Positions 41,492-51,840 of a stretch of 64,000 bases of DNA are shown one piece after another. Position numbers and translations under genes: made by a program. Below the pieces are notes generated by a model. It had not been told where the DNA came from, did no database searches, and worked only from the letters and a program-made list of their open reading frames with translations. The stretch is from NCBI GenBank assembly GCA_965218585.1, contig CBDCLE010000024.1:256001-320000 (forward strand). Reading direction: 5' to 3'. Each line of letters begins with the position of its first letter. Position 1 is the stretch's first letter. Source of the DNA: Terriglobia bacterium (GTDB taxonomy: Bacteria; Acidobacteriota; Terriglobia; 20CM-2-55-15).

Positions 41492-41734
41492 ATGAAAACC
41501 CTGGAACGCTGTCTTGAAGAGACCGGGATGAGTGTTGAGGCACTCGTAGAAGAATCGGGACTCGATCGAAGAGATGTGAAGGCCATAGTGGCCGGCAACT
41601 ACACGCCGAGTCCCTCACAGCGGAAGCGTCTCGCCGTTGCTATCGGAGTTTCCGCCGACAGGATTGACTGGGGACATGCCGTCGAGGTCCAGCACCTCTG
41701 GGGCCACGGGCCACAATTTGGACGCACGCCCTGA
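41492..41734 (+). CDS. Small XRE-like helix-turn-helix protein
   Basis: GMSVEALVEESGLD...V.AI..G.YTPS...R.RLA.AIGVS pattern. Confidence 0.65.
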   Translation: MKTLERCLEETGMSVEALVEESGLDRRDVKAIVAGNYTPSPSQRKRLAVAIGVSADRIDWGHAVEVQHLWGHGPQFGRTP

Positions 41735-41765
41735 AAGTTTGAAAGGAACAATTCGAGAGGAACAA

Positions 41766-42572
41766 ATGGAGAACAGAATCTTGAAATTACGTCACCTAGG
41801 ACTGGCCCTGGCTGCAGGCACGATGCTGCTTGCGACAGGCACAACCGCTTGGGCCCAGCGCGGGCGCGGCGGGCCTGCCGGCCCACCTCCGCCTGCCCAG
41901 CAGGCGGCTCCGTATGATCTGACCGGTACCTGGGTGTCTATCGTCACAGAGGATTGGCGGTGGCGTATGGTGACACCCCCCAAAGGCGAATACTCCAGCT
42001 TGCCGATAAATCAGGCCGCCCGCGACTTTGCTGATAACTGGGATATGGACGCCGATGCACGAAACGGCGTGGAATGCCGCCCGTTCGGGGCGGGAGGCAT
42101 CATGCGCGTTCCGGGCAGGGTCCAGATCTCATGGGAAGACGACGAAACTCTCCGGATTGACACGGACGCAGGAAGCCAAACCCGATTGTTCCATTTCAGT
42201 GATTTTGACAGGGCCACCGAGCCCACCTGGCAAGGCAACGCGGTAGCGGAGTGGGTGATGGTCGGTGGTGGACGCGGCCGACCGCCAACGGGCGGGAGCC
42301 TCAAGGTCGTGACGACCGGTATGGAACTGGGTTACGTGCGCTGGAACGGCGTGCCTTACAGCGAAGACGCTGTAGTCACTGAGTACTTCGACAATTTCGT
42401 CGCATTCGACCAGGAATGGTTCACCGTGACCACCGTCATCGACGATCCCACGTATTTCAACGGTTCCTTCATCGTGAGCTCGGACTTTCGGAAGGAGGAG
42501 GACGATGCCGGCTGGAATCCGACGACTTGCATGACCGAGCCCATGCAAGTCCCCACAAATCCGCTGGGCTGA
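41766..42572 (+). CDS. Secreted hypothetical protein (DL.G.W / C.P.G / I.DP.Y family)
   Basis: GAGG RBS, signal peptide, DLTGTWVSIVTEDWRWRM, CRPFGAGG, GSLKVVTT and NGVPYSE. Confidence 0.78.
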   Translation: MENRILKLRHLGLALAAGTMLLATGTTAWAQRGRGGPAGPPPPAQQAAPYDLTGTWVSIVTEDWRWRMVTPPKGEYSSLPINQAARDFADNWDMDADARNGVECRPFGAGGIMRVPGRVQISWEDDETLRIDTDAGSQTRLFHFSDFDRATEPTWQGNAVAEWVMVGGGRGRPPTGGSLKVVTTGMELGYVRWNGVPYSEDAVVTEYFDNFVAFDQEWFTVTTVIDDPTYFNGSFIVSSDFRKEEDDAGWNPTTCMTEPMQVPTNPLG

Positions 42573-42573
42573 A

Positions 42574-42632
42574 AATAAAAAAGGGGACAGTGAGCTAATT
42601 CTAAGAATTAGCTCACTGTCCCCTTTTTTATT
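42574..42632. terminator. 29-bp perfect palindrome between convergent genes; bidirectional terminator / REP-like element
   Basis: AATAAAAAAGGGGACAGTGAGCTAATTCT-A-AGAATTAGCTCACTGTCCCCTTTTTTATT; A and T runs on both sides. Confidence 0.85.
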
Positions 42633-42642
42633 CCCCTTTTTC

Positions 42643-43611
42643 CTATCTGCTGGCCTGTCCCGCTTCTATTGTCAGGCTTTCATACACCGCACCGAGGAAC
42701 ATTTCGGTCGTCCAGTCGGGCAGCGAGTAGCGCGAATCGTAAGTCAGGCTGGGCCGGGAGGCTATGACTTCGTCCAACGTCTGCCCCCGGTCAATCATGG
42801 CCTGGACACGGTCCCGAACAATCGTCATCGCATCCCGGTAGCGTACGAGGTCGCCCTCATCCGTGATACGTCCATGACCGGGAATGATAAGTGTTCCGCC
42901 CTCGGAAAGAGTGTCGGAAATAGCCAGATCAACGAGGAAGTTCAGACTATCCAGGACTCCGTTGATGCTACCCCCGTACTCCAAGTTTATTCGGGGGTAG
43001 CCGTCCAATCGGAAAACGTCTCCAGCGCTGATCACGTCGGCGCGCCGGAAGTGCACGACGAGGCTCGTGTCATCGATCGAACTCGGCTGATGGATCATCT
43101 CGACAGGTTCACCATTGAAATACAGATCGTATTTCGGTGTAAAGAACGTATCGGTCGGCAGCATTTCGAACTGTATGCCCGGAACCGCGGCCATTCGATG
43201 GAGAGCGGTCTCATGGGCCACAATGGAAGCGCCGACGTCGATACCGCCGATGTTGGTCGCATTGCCACCCGTAAATGTGTCGCCGGCGATCCGAACCGTG
43301 GCGTTGCCGCCGACGTGCTCGGGAAGATTGGTCGTATTGACGATAAATCGAATCGTCGCGTTGCTGTCGATTTCCTGAATCGCGGTCAGTAACGCATCAC
43401 TCATAGTGGCCGAACCGGAATCGACGAGCATGATGCCGCTCGAGCCCACCGACACGGTCACGTTTCCCCCCGCGCCGGTGATCATGTAGATATTGTCAGA
43501 GACGTGTGTGGTACGAGTCTGAGCGTATGCCCCGGGCCCAAGAGCCAGCACACCTGCGACCATCAGTGCGGCAAGGCCCTTCACAGGCTTAAGTCCCGTT
43601 CTCTCACCCAT
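42643..43611 (-). CDS. MBL-fold (cyclase-like) secreted protein with degenerate metal motif
   Basis: GAGGNVTV, MLVDSG, NTTNLPEHVGGN (HxHxDH degenerate), AGDVF and IIPGHGR motifs. Confidence 0.82.
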   Translation of the reverse strand: MGERTGLKPVKGLAALMVAGVLALGPGAYAQTRTTHVSDNIYMITGAGGNVTVSVGSSGIMLVDSGSATMSDALLTAIQEIDSNATIRFIVNTTNLPEHVGGNATVRIAGDTFTGGNATNIGGIDVGASIVAHETALHRMAAVPGIQFEMLPTDTFFTPKYDLYFNGEPVEMIHQPSSIDDTSLVVHFRRADVISAGDVFRLDGYPRINLEYGGSINGVLDSLNFLVDLAISDTLSEGGTLIIPGHGRITDEGDLVRYRDAMTIVRDRVQAMIDRGQTLDEVIASRPSLTYDSRYSLPDWTTEMFLGAVYESLTIEAGQASR

Positions 43612-44510
43612 CAATCATTCCCTTCGGCAGCAAACAATTCTCTAAGACGATCCCGATATTCGGGTAACAGCGTCTCGGCGCCGCCCATCGCTGCTTCAGA
43701 CGGGATACCGTACAGCTCTTGATACTGTTCCATGAAAGGGTTTTCGTTGGGGAGATGGTGGGGGATGTCTCCCAGCGCGCGATCGATCTCGACGAGACCG
43801 CGGCACGGATACGGATGGATCGTCTGGCCCATGCTCAACTCGAAATGGCGCGAATGAATATAAGGTTCTTCCAGAGTGTGCGGGTCTTCCAGAATACTGA
43901 TCAGCGTCAGGAAGTTGTCGTGACGTGTGAGAAACTCGATCAGAACGGCTTCGTCGCTGTGCTCGATTCCGTTACGGCGAATCCGTGACTCCTTCATGTG
44001 AGTCGTCGTGATCTCCAGCGTGTTGCCCACCCAGCGTCCGGTAGAGAAACCCTGCCATGTGTGGAGCGCGTCTTCGGAAGGCCGCGGCCGGCCATCCATC
44101 CAGACGGTCCGGAACCTGTTGAAGGATTCATGAAGGAGGTGCCAGGCAATGACGTCCTGGCTTTGCGGTTCCACTTCCTTCGTGATCCGCAGGTTGGAAT
44201 GCATCGCAGCGTAGTTGGCCGGATGCGGACCACACTGGTGCTCGGGAACAGTCAGCAGAGACGCGCTCCAGCTCTCTCCACGCTGTTGCCCGGCCTCGTT
44301 GATGGGAAGACCCGCGAAGTCCCCGATCATAGGTCCTCCCGCCCGCTCGGGCTGGTCTTCGTGCATCCGGTTGCCCCACTCGCCGGCCAGGTCGATCTGG
44401 GCGAAGACAGGTGTGGGCAATATCAATCCGATGAGAACCAGCAACGTTGCTGAAGGCAGCATCTGCCACATGACCCACTGAGTGTTTATCAAACTACTGA
44501 ATCGTTTCAT
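43611..44510 (-). CDS. Secreted hypothetical protein (same broad family as 41766-42572)
   Basis: Signal peptide, IDLAGEW..RMHED..ER, GLPINEAG, EHQC.PH, RTVWMDGRP.P, GFSTGRW.GNTL.I.TTH and RRNG. Confidence 0.78.
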   Translation of the reverse strand: MKRFSSLINTQWVMWQMLPSATLLVLIGLILPTPVFAQIDLAGEWGNRMHEDQPERAGGPMIGDFAGLPINEAGQQRGESWSASLLTVPEHQCGPHPANYAAMHSNLRITKEVEPQSQDVIAWHLLHESFNRFRTVWMDGRPRPSEDALHTWQGFSTGRWVGNTLEITTTHMKESRIRRNGIEHSDEAVLIEFLTRHDNFLTLISILEDPHTLEEPYIHSRHFELSMGQTIHPYPCRGLVEIDRALGDIPHHLPNENPFMEQYQELYGIPSEAAMGGAETLLPEYRDRLRELFAAEGND

Positions 44511-44664
44511 GTTTCTCCGGCCTCCGTACTGAACACGTTTGGTCTCTGGGCTCGCTCGTATCACGCAATGTTCACGGGAAATCGAGTCACTGTCAAGACT
44601 CATTTGGGAGTGTGCGGACCGTGTCGGTCCTCAGAGGTTGTGATCCGGAAGGGGCGGAGTATCC

Positions 44665-44681
44665 GGACACTTACAGTGTCC
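44665..44681. promoter_or_regulatory. Putative operator palindrome GGACACT-TAC-AGTGTCC in a divergent promoter region
   Basis: Perfect 7-3-7 inverted repeat, 40 nt upstream of a TTGACA hexamer (44721). Confidence 0.4.
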
Positions 44682-44790
44682 ATGTTCAAAGTGTCACAAA
44701 CCTCTCACTTTTCTTCGCAGTTGACATATATTGACCTCGCACTTTACCAAACTTAATCAACGAGCTAAGCCGGTTGAAGGAGGAAGAGCA

Positions 44791-47319
44791 ATGAAAGAAG
44801 CCGTTACCTGTTTATCTGTGTGGCGTGTCGCCCTCGTTTGGGTGTTGGCGTTGACCATAGGTGTGCCCGATCTCGTGGCCCAGGACGAGCCGTCCACTGC
44901 TGGAGAACCCCCTGTCATTGAAGACAAAACCGCAGGGATGAGGCCAATGGACGGTTTCTTTCCGCTGTACTGGGACGACTCGGAAGGCAAGCTCTGGATG
45001 GAAATTCCTCAGTTCAATACTGAAGTCCTCTACTTCAGAGGGTTGTCTGCAGGTCTGGGATCGAACGATATTGGACTGGACCGCGGGCAGCCTGGCGCGT
45101 CGCAAATCGTCTCCTTCGAACGTGTGGGACCGAAGATCCTGATGGTTCAGCCCAACTACCAGTATCGAGCCACTGGAGAGAATCCCGATGAACAGCGCGC
45201 CGTTCGGGAGGCCTTCGCAACGTCCGTGCTGTTTGGATTCACCGTAGCCGCCGAAACCGACGGCCGTGCCCTGGTGGACATGACTGATTTTCTTATTCGG
45301 GACTCCCATAATGTTATCGGGCGACTCCGGGACCAGCAGGATGCCACCTACAGGATCGACGCGACTCGTAGCGCCGTTTACCTGCCGGACACGCGGGTAT
45401 TTCCAGAGAACACGGAGATGGACGTCACGCTCACCTACACGAGCGATCAGCCTTCACGACTGGTCGGGACCGTTGCGCCGACGGCGGGCGCGGTGACTCT
45501 GCGTCAGCATCATTCGTTCGTCGAACTGCCCGATGGAAACTACCAGCCACGCGAATTCGATCCACGGTCCGGCGTGGGCGCTGTCTCGTATATGGACTAC
45601 TCCGCGCCGTTGGGGGCACCGATCACGACTCGGTTCGCCCGAAGGCATCGTCTCGAGAAGCAGAATCCAGCGGATGAGGTCAGCGAAGCCGTCGAGCCCA
45701 TCGTCTACTATCTGGATCGCGGCGTTCCCGAGCCGGTCCGGTCTGCGTTGTTGGACGGAGCACGCTGGTGGAACCAGGCCTTCGAGGGGGGCGGGTATCG
45801 TGATGCGTTTCGTGTCGAGATGCTGCCCGAGGGCGCCGACAAGATGGACGTCCGCTACAACGTCATCAACTGGGTCCACCGCTCTACACGCGGCTGGAGT
45901 TCTGGCGCCAGTGTTACGGATCCCCGAACAGGTGAAATCATCCGGGGACAGGTCACGCTGGGTTCTCTTCGGGTGCGCCAGGACTATCTGATTGCAGAGG
46001 GTCTGCTGGCACCTTACCAGAACGGAGACGAGACGCCTGCGGTGCTCGGTGAAATGGCTCTGGCTCGAATCCGTCAGCTATCAGCCCACGAAGTTGGACA
46101 CACGCTTGGATTCGGGCACAACTATTATGCGAGCCCTCTGGGGCGTGTTTCGGTTCTCGATTATCCGCATCCGCTCAGTACTCTCGCCGAAGATGGAACT
46201 ATCGACGTGACCGACGCCTATGACGTCGGGATCGGGGAATGGGACAAGATATCGGTGGCGTGGGCCTATCAGGATTTTCCTGAGGGAACCGATGAAGGTG
46301 CCGCACTCGAACGCGTTCTGAGCGATGCTCGCAGTCGCGGTCTGATCTACATGACAAACCAGGATCTGGCTGCCAGTCCCCTGGTACATCAATGGGCCAA
46401 TGGACGCGACGTGGCGGCAGAGCTCGAACGGATGATGGATGTGCGCCGCCGAGCGCTCGACGGGTTCGGCGAGACCTCGATTCCAGAGGGCATGCCTCTT
46501 GCCACGATAGAAGAGGTGCTCGTTCCTCTGTACCTTCACCATCGTTATCAGATCATCGCAACCGCTGCGGGTCTGGGCGGCATCAACTACAGTTACGCGA
46601 TGCGAGGAGATGGTCAGGTCCCATTCGAGCGGGTTTCCGGGCAAGAGCAACGGCGTATTCTGGGGTCATTGCTCAAGACACTCGAACCCCAGGAACTGGC
46701 CTTGCCCGACACGGTGATCGAAAGCCTTCCACCCCGACCTTCCGGGTACGGTCGACACAGGGAACTCTTTCCTCGTTACACAGGGATGATGTTTGATGCG
46801 ATTACTCCCGCAGTCACCCTTGCGCGGGGAGTGGTCGATAACCTCCTCGAATCGGAAAGAGCCGCCCGCCTGGTCCAGCAGCACGCGCTGGATGGGACCC
46901 TTCCAGGCCTGGATGAAGTGACGGCGGAGATGATCGACGCCGTGTTTGGCGCCCCTTCAGGCGGGGTCCCTGCTTCGAGTGCCTATGAGCAGGAGATTCG
47001 CAGGGCCGTGGAAAGAGTCGTGGCCGAGGGTCTGATGGAACTTGCGGCGAATGCAGAAATGCCCCAGGTTCGTGCGATCGCCACCTACAGGCTGGATCAG
47101 TTGCAGCGAAGACTGGGTACGGATTCGGATCGGCCGACAACCCAGGATCAGGCACATCTTTCGTTACTCGCATCCGACATCGGCCGATTCCTCGAGCGTC
47201 CCGCTACAACCTTCAGCCAGCCTTCGGCCCCGGTCCCGCCTCCAGGCGAACCGATCGGAGATCCTGCCCTGGATTGGCTCGGGGATGCCTGGATGTGGTG
47301 TGAGGAGGGGTTGTACTAG
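44791..47319 (+). CDS. Zinc-dependent metalloprotease (DUF5117/DUF4953 met-zincin type)
   Basis: [35 protein letters not shown] and IGEWD motifs; signal peptide. Confidence 0.9.
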   Translation: MKEAVTCLSVWRVALVWVLALTIGVPDLVAQDEPSTAGEPPVIEDKTAGMRPMDGFFPLYWDDSEGKLWMEIPQFNTEVLYFRGLSAGLGSNDIGLDRGQPGASQIVSFERVGPKILMVQPNYQYRATGENPDEQRAVREAFATSVLFGFTVAAETDGRALVDMTDFLIRDSHNVIGRLRDQQDATYRIDATRSAVYLPDTRVFPENTEMDVTLTYTSDQPSRLVGTVAPTAGAVTLRQHHSFVELPDGNYQPREFDPRSGVGAVSYMDYSAPLGAPITTRFARRHRLEKQNPADEVSEAVEPIVYYLDRGVPEPVRSALLDGARWWNQAFEGGGYRDAFRVEMLPEGADKMDVRYNVINWVHRSTRGWSSGASVTDPRTGEIIRGQVTLGSLRVRQDYLIAEGLLAPYQNGDETPAVLGEMALARIRQLSAHEVGHTLGFGHNYYASPLGRVSVLDYPHPLSTLAEDGTIDVTDAYDVGIGEWDKISVAWAYQDFPEGTDEGAALERVLSDARSRGLIYMTNQDLAASPLVHQWANGRDVAAELERMMDVRRRALDGFGETSIPEGMPLATIEEVLVPLYLHHRYQIIATAAGLGGINYSYAMRGDGQVPFERVSGQEQRRILGSLLKTLEPQELALPDTVIESLPPRPSGYGRHRELFPRYTGMMFDAITPAVTLARGVVDNLLESERAARLVQQHALDGTLPGLDEVTAEMIDAVFGAPSGGVPASSAYEQEIRRAVERVVAEGLMELAANAEMPQVRAIATYRLDQLQRRLGTDSDRPTTQDQAHLSLLASDIGRFLERPATTFSQPSAPVPPPGEPIGDPALDWLGDAWMWCEEGLY

Positions 47320-47374
47320 GTTTTCTGCATTCTGTAGGCGCGGTCATAGACCGCACCTACAGGAAGAACCGGAC

Positions 47375-49576
47375 CTAGAAGTTGAAGAGGTTTGTGAACT
47401 TGAGGATTACGGCGCGCTGAAGTAGCTGTCCGTTGTTGGTGTCGCGAAGGTCGTTGTAGACGAGGAAGAAGTCGCTCAACGGGTTGTGGATGATGTTGAA
47501 GCGGATGTTGGAGCTGACCTGTTGCGTATCGGCGTTGTACTGGAAGAAGGCGTTGAGGAACGTGTTGGGGTTGAATGAATACAGAAAACGGGCGCCGACC
47601 AGGTCTGTGGTGAACTCTCCATTTGCGAGGTTGACCTGGTTGCGGGAATAATCCACGTCCATCTTGAAGTGGTAATCCGGTCTCCAGCCGAAGCCTGTCG
47701 AAAACGAACGGCGGCGGCCGTTCCAGAACTCTCCCCATTCGACGCTCCCGTTACCGCTGAGCTTTCTTCCCGGGTTGGTTGTAAACCGGGCGGTGTAACC
47801 CAGGTACCTGTAATCGCCTTCCGGGATCATAATGTCGCGGCGGATTCCGAAGGGTTCTGTCAACCTGTCGAAGGTATGGAGCAGTCCGAAGTTAATCGAA
47901 CTGATGTTCTCAAATCCAACTCCGAGATCAACGCGTGACTCCCGCGTCTCGATCTGCTCTGTCGTACCGTTTTCGTAGTACTCCAGGGTTGTCGAGAACG
48001 CCAGGTTTCGAACCAGGGAACTCGTTTCAATGAGCGGGTTCCACGCGAATGCGCCCGTGTAGTGCGTGTTGTTCCTGCGGCGGACGAAACCTACCTCGGG
48101 ATTGAAATTCGTCTGTATCTCGTTGTAGCCGGCCGCGATGATCAGTTCGTCGTCGCGCCAGGCAGTCTGGACCTGACGGGCCTGATCCTTTCCTGAAACC
48201 CCCGGCGTATCGCTTCGGAGGATGTGGGAGTCAAACTCGAGCCGGTCAAAAAAACTGGAGACGAACGTCCGCACCGTAGACCCGGTTGTAATCACCTTCG
48301 ACGGTGGAGTCCCGATTCGTAAAGATCCCGCCGAACCAGGAGTTGGTCATGATGTTCCGTTTGACGCGTCCGACAACATAATTATTGGACGGGGTCGAAG
48401 CCTGGCTTTCCGTCTTCATGGCCAGGAAACCGAGATCGTAACGGCCCACCTGTCCCGTGACCCGACCTCCACCCACAATCGGAATCGGTGTCCCCGAACG
48501 GCTCAGACCAATGCGGCGGCTGAAAAATGGAACCAGGTTGCTGCCCGCTCCAAAACTGAACGTCGATGCGTTTTCCAGGAAGAAGTCGCGTTGTTCGGGA
48601 AAGAAGAGGTTGAAGCGGGTGAGGTTGACCTGTTGCTGGTCCACTTCCACCTGTGCGAAATCAGTCCGGTACGTGGCATCGAGAGTCAGCGAAGACGTCA
48701 GCCCGTATTTGATGTCGACGCCGCCGTCGAAATCCGGATCGTTGTCGAAGTCTCCAAACGGAGCATTCGGCGGGCGTATCTGAGTGATTCCTGCAGTCAC
48801 GAAAGGCGTCACCTTGAGATTACGGCCCTGCCGGATCTCCTCCAGTCCCAGGAGTGTTCCGTACTGGGAAACTCTGCTCATGCTGTATCGAATCGGTATG
48901 GGAGCCCAGTCGGCTTCCTCGTTGGTACGAATCGTTCTTCGGCTCAGGTTGAGCCCCCAGGTTTGGGATGAGTCGGTTGAGAAACGAAGCGTCTTGAAGG
49001 GAATCACAAACTCAGCGATCCACCCCTCATCGTTACGCGTCGTTCGGACGTCCCAGACCCCGTCCCAGTCGCCATTGAATCCGCCCCGGCCTGCGAGGGG
49101 GCTGACCTGCGCGTCGGCCTTCGCGCCCGCGGCGTTCGTCCTGAAGGTAAATCCGGACTGTAGATCGTGGAGGCTGTCGAGGCCCACGACCACCATGTCC
49201 GAGCCCTGAAAACCAAAATCCTCTTCGAGGTCATTGATGGTGATCCGGTCGGGTTCGGAGTCGAAAAGGAGAATCCCGACGTAGAGATTCTCGTTGTCAA
49301 GAGAAAACGGGCCTCTGTCCGATCGATTGCCCGTATTCCAGCAATGGGTCGGCGCTGAACAAAATCTGTCGCCGGTTCTGCCAGATCCCAGGCCGCCTCG
49401 TCGAGGAGGCCATCCACGGAAATTTCTTCGGTGATTCGAAGCGCCGTGACGTTTTTGTCGAGGCGTGCGGTGTCGTAGTCGACTGGCTCGGGGGCCTGGG
49501 CGAAGGCGGACAATGCCAGGCTTACGGCCACAATTGGCGAAAGGGCCGTCCGTTTCAAGACACGGGCGGTTTTCAT
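47375..49576 (-). CDS. CBM9-like / DUF5916 outer-membrane beta-barrel protein, frameshifted near 49297 and 48250
   Basis: VDGLLDEAAW, W.AEF.IPFKTLRF, DFAQVEVD...VNLTRF.LFFPE.R.FFLE and FFSRRIGL; C-terminal Phe; three consecutive ORFs joined by single-T indels. Confidence 0.85.
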
Positions 49577-49616
49577 CCTGATCGAAGTCACACCGCTGAA
49601 GGTCATGCCAGGGGTG

Positions 49617-49814
49617 CTAAAAGCCGTACATGTGTTCATCAGGGTCGACTACGTTTTCCTGCCAGTCCAACATGTTGGCCGCTGCCGCGATGTTTTCTGC
49701 CTGACCTTCCGCGACCATGGTCTTGAGAAGGTCGATCTGTTTTTCCGTCAGTCGACTCTGGTCCAGGGCTTCTCGCCAGCTCGCAAAATCTCGCTGTTCC
49801 CAGGGAAGGGCCAT
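49617..49814 (-). CDS. Small hypothetical protein
   Basis: 65 aa ORF 6 nt downstream of the preceding stop; protein-like composition. Confidence 0.55.
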   Translation of the reverse strand: MALPWEQRDFASWREALDQSRLTEKQIDLLKTMVAEGQAENIAAAANMLDWQENVVDPDEHMYGF

Positions 49815-49820
49815 TCTTGT

Positions 49821-50099
49821 CTATTCCTCAGATTCGTTCCCAACAGAAGGGTGAAGCTCAAAACTGCTACCGTCCCTAAAGAATAACTCAAGATGTCTCG
49901 CGTTTAGCCTGAACTGCGTCATTGACAGGCAGATTTTTTCCGCAGTAGTGTCTTCCTCTGATGCTTTGGCCCACCGATTCTGCCGGCTTGTATGCTCAAA
50001 CGTAAGTCTGCTGCCGTCTCTGAAGAACACGACGGCGCGATTGAAGGCGGCGTTCGTCACTGAGTGGGTTGCCTGTTCGCGAATGGTTTCATCGATCAT
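49821..50099 (-). CDS. Hypothetical protein
   Basis: ORF with an internally repeated FF.DGS motif; likely start MIDETIRE at 50099. Confidence 0.55.
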   Translation of the reverse strand: MIDETIREQATHSVTNAAFNRAVVFFRDGSRLTFEHTSRQNRWAKASEEDTTAEKICLSMTQFRLNARHLELFFRDGSSFELHPSVGNESEE

Positions 50100-50245
50100 T
50101 AGAGAAGTGTCATAGTTGGTAATGATGTTGCTGGGCAGTGTGGCAACGAATCGATTGATCACGACGCCCACGTTCCGTAAGATGCAGCTTGATTCTGGAG
50201 CCGTCCCGGCCTGGAATCGATCAAAGTTCATTCGGGAGATGAGCC

Positions 50246-51082
50246 ATGATCATACAGTCTGTGCCATCAGGGCAGGATGATTCCAGACGTTTCGTTATCA
50301 CGCTGGAAGAACATCTTGACCTCGTAGGGCAGCTGGCCGAAAAGTTCGGTAACGGTCGGTTCGAATCGCCAGTGCCCCGAGATGAATTCCTTTATGCGTG
50401 TCGGTGGCACGACCGGGGGTGGCGCGACCTGGATCTCAATCCTCCGCTGGACCCCCGGACCGGATTGCCCTACAACCTGGTGGAGACGCCGATTCCGATC
50501 ATCGTACTGACCGGCGCCCGCTCACCTGAACACAACGAAGCTCACCATCCCTACAGTGGATTGATCGCCAGCATGCACATCTGGGGCCTGTACAACGGCC
50601 GGTATGGAATGTCGGAGATGGTGTTGATCGATTCGGTTCCCGACCAGCACCGAGTGGCAGCCGATGCCATGTTGAAGTCTGAACACCAGAGGCAGGTCAG
50701 GCTCAGGGCGAGTCTCGGGGAGGATCCCCGGACCGCGCCATGGGTTGAGGAAGCGCCTCTCTTTGCAAACTATAAGAGGCTCCAGTTTTTCGACACGCTG
50801 GCGCTCTATTTCAACTGCACTCCGGAAGAAGGAAGGGGAAAGGCGACGTTTACGAACGTGCCCATAGGCGTACACGCCGACGTCGATGTTGTTATACGCC
50901 CGGAGAAAGAAAAAACGTACAGCCTGGATCCTTATCCGTTTAAAGAAGACGCGATGGAAATATGTTTCGAGGGTCGATTTCTCTCTCCGCAGAGGGAAGC
51001 AGCGGATCCCGACATGGCGGCACTGATGAGGGACACACCTGTAGAACAGCAGACCTGTACCCTGGTCTCCCGACCAGGGTGA
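50246..51082 (+). CDS. DUF3891 family protein
   Basis: H..L.GQLA..FGN..F, HDRGW, HPYSGLIASMH, LQFFDTLALYF and LDPYPF motifs. Confidence 0.75.
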   Translation: MIIQSVPSGQDDSRRFVITLEEHLDLVGQLAEKFGNGRFESPVPRDEFLYACRWHDRGWRDLDLNPPLDPRTGLPYNLVETPIPIIVLTGARSPEHNEAHHPYSGLIASMHIWGLYNGRYGMSEMVLIDSVPDQHRVAADAMLKSEHQRQVRLRASLGEDPRTAPWVEEAPLFANYKRLQFFDTLALYFNCTPEEGRGKATFTNVPIGVHADVDVVIRPEKEKTYSLDPYPFKEDAMEICFEGRFLSPQREAADPDMAALMRDTPVEQQTCTLVSRPG

Positions 51083-51117
51083 GGCGGCAGGCTCAATCAA
51101 CCCGCCCCTCTCAGGCG

Positions 51118-51536
51118 CTACTGTCTGGTCAGTGTCATCGGCTGCGGACCCCCACCACGACCGCCACCGCCACGACCCCCACGGCCACCACCGCCACGAC
51201 CCCCGCGGCCGCCACCGAACGCCGGGGTTAGCGTCAACTCATTGTCTTCGATTGTGCCCGTGTAACTGATGTTGAATTCGCCCTGTGGCGTCTCGAGCGA
51301 TCTTGAAAACGTGAGCGTGCCGCCGTCGATCTCAGCATCGGCAATCGTCCGGACTGCTGCCCTTGCATAAACGTTCCGCTGACGTCATCGCCACTCACTT
51401 CTAATTCCAGCGTGACTTCCTGCGTCCCGCCTCGGCCCTGGGCCTCACCTGCCCATGTGCCCGCAAAATCCTGGGCGTAGGCAGACGCCGATACGAGAAA
51501 GAAGACCGCGATCACCAATAAGAATCTCGACCTCAT
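51118..51536 (-). CDS. Small secreted beta-barrel-like protein with a (GGR)n loop, frameshifted near 51350
   Basis: MRSRFLL..AYAQDFAGTW; the alternative frame continues TIADAEIDGGTLTF...YTGTIEDNELTLT..GGGRGGRGGGGRGGRGGGGRGGGPQPMTLTRQ*. Confidence 0.65.
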
Positions 51537-51840
51537 TTCCGACTCCTTTGCGTCCGAGTAAGTCCGGATCTGTCCGACTCGCTTCGCCATCACTTGCTCG
51601 ATCGGCTCAACCAGACGCCGCCTCGGTTGAAAATCCCAATTCGCTATTCAATACGTACCCGAGGTTTGTTCGGTTACAGCATACCTGAGAGATGGTGTCT
51701 CCTAGAGGTTTCGTACCGATAGGGCGGCAGAGCCCGCTACCAAACGGGCTTCAAATGTCGAAGAAATAATTGGGATACCTATGATGCGCCCGATTCTAAT
51801 CGGTGAGAGAATGGTTGTGGAACTGGACTGACTTGTACTG

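Noticed and set aside
51594-51840. c-di-AMP (ydaO) riboswitch upstream of trkA
   Set aside because: I could not find the conserved ydaO sequence blocks by eye; an Rfam scan would be needed.
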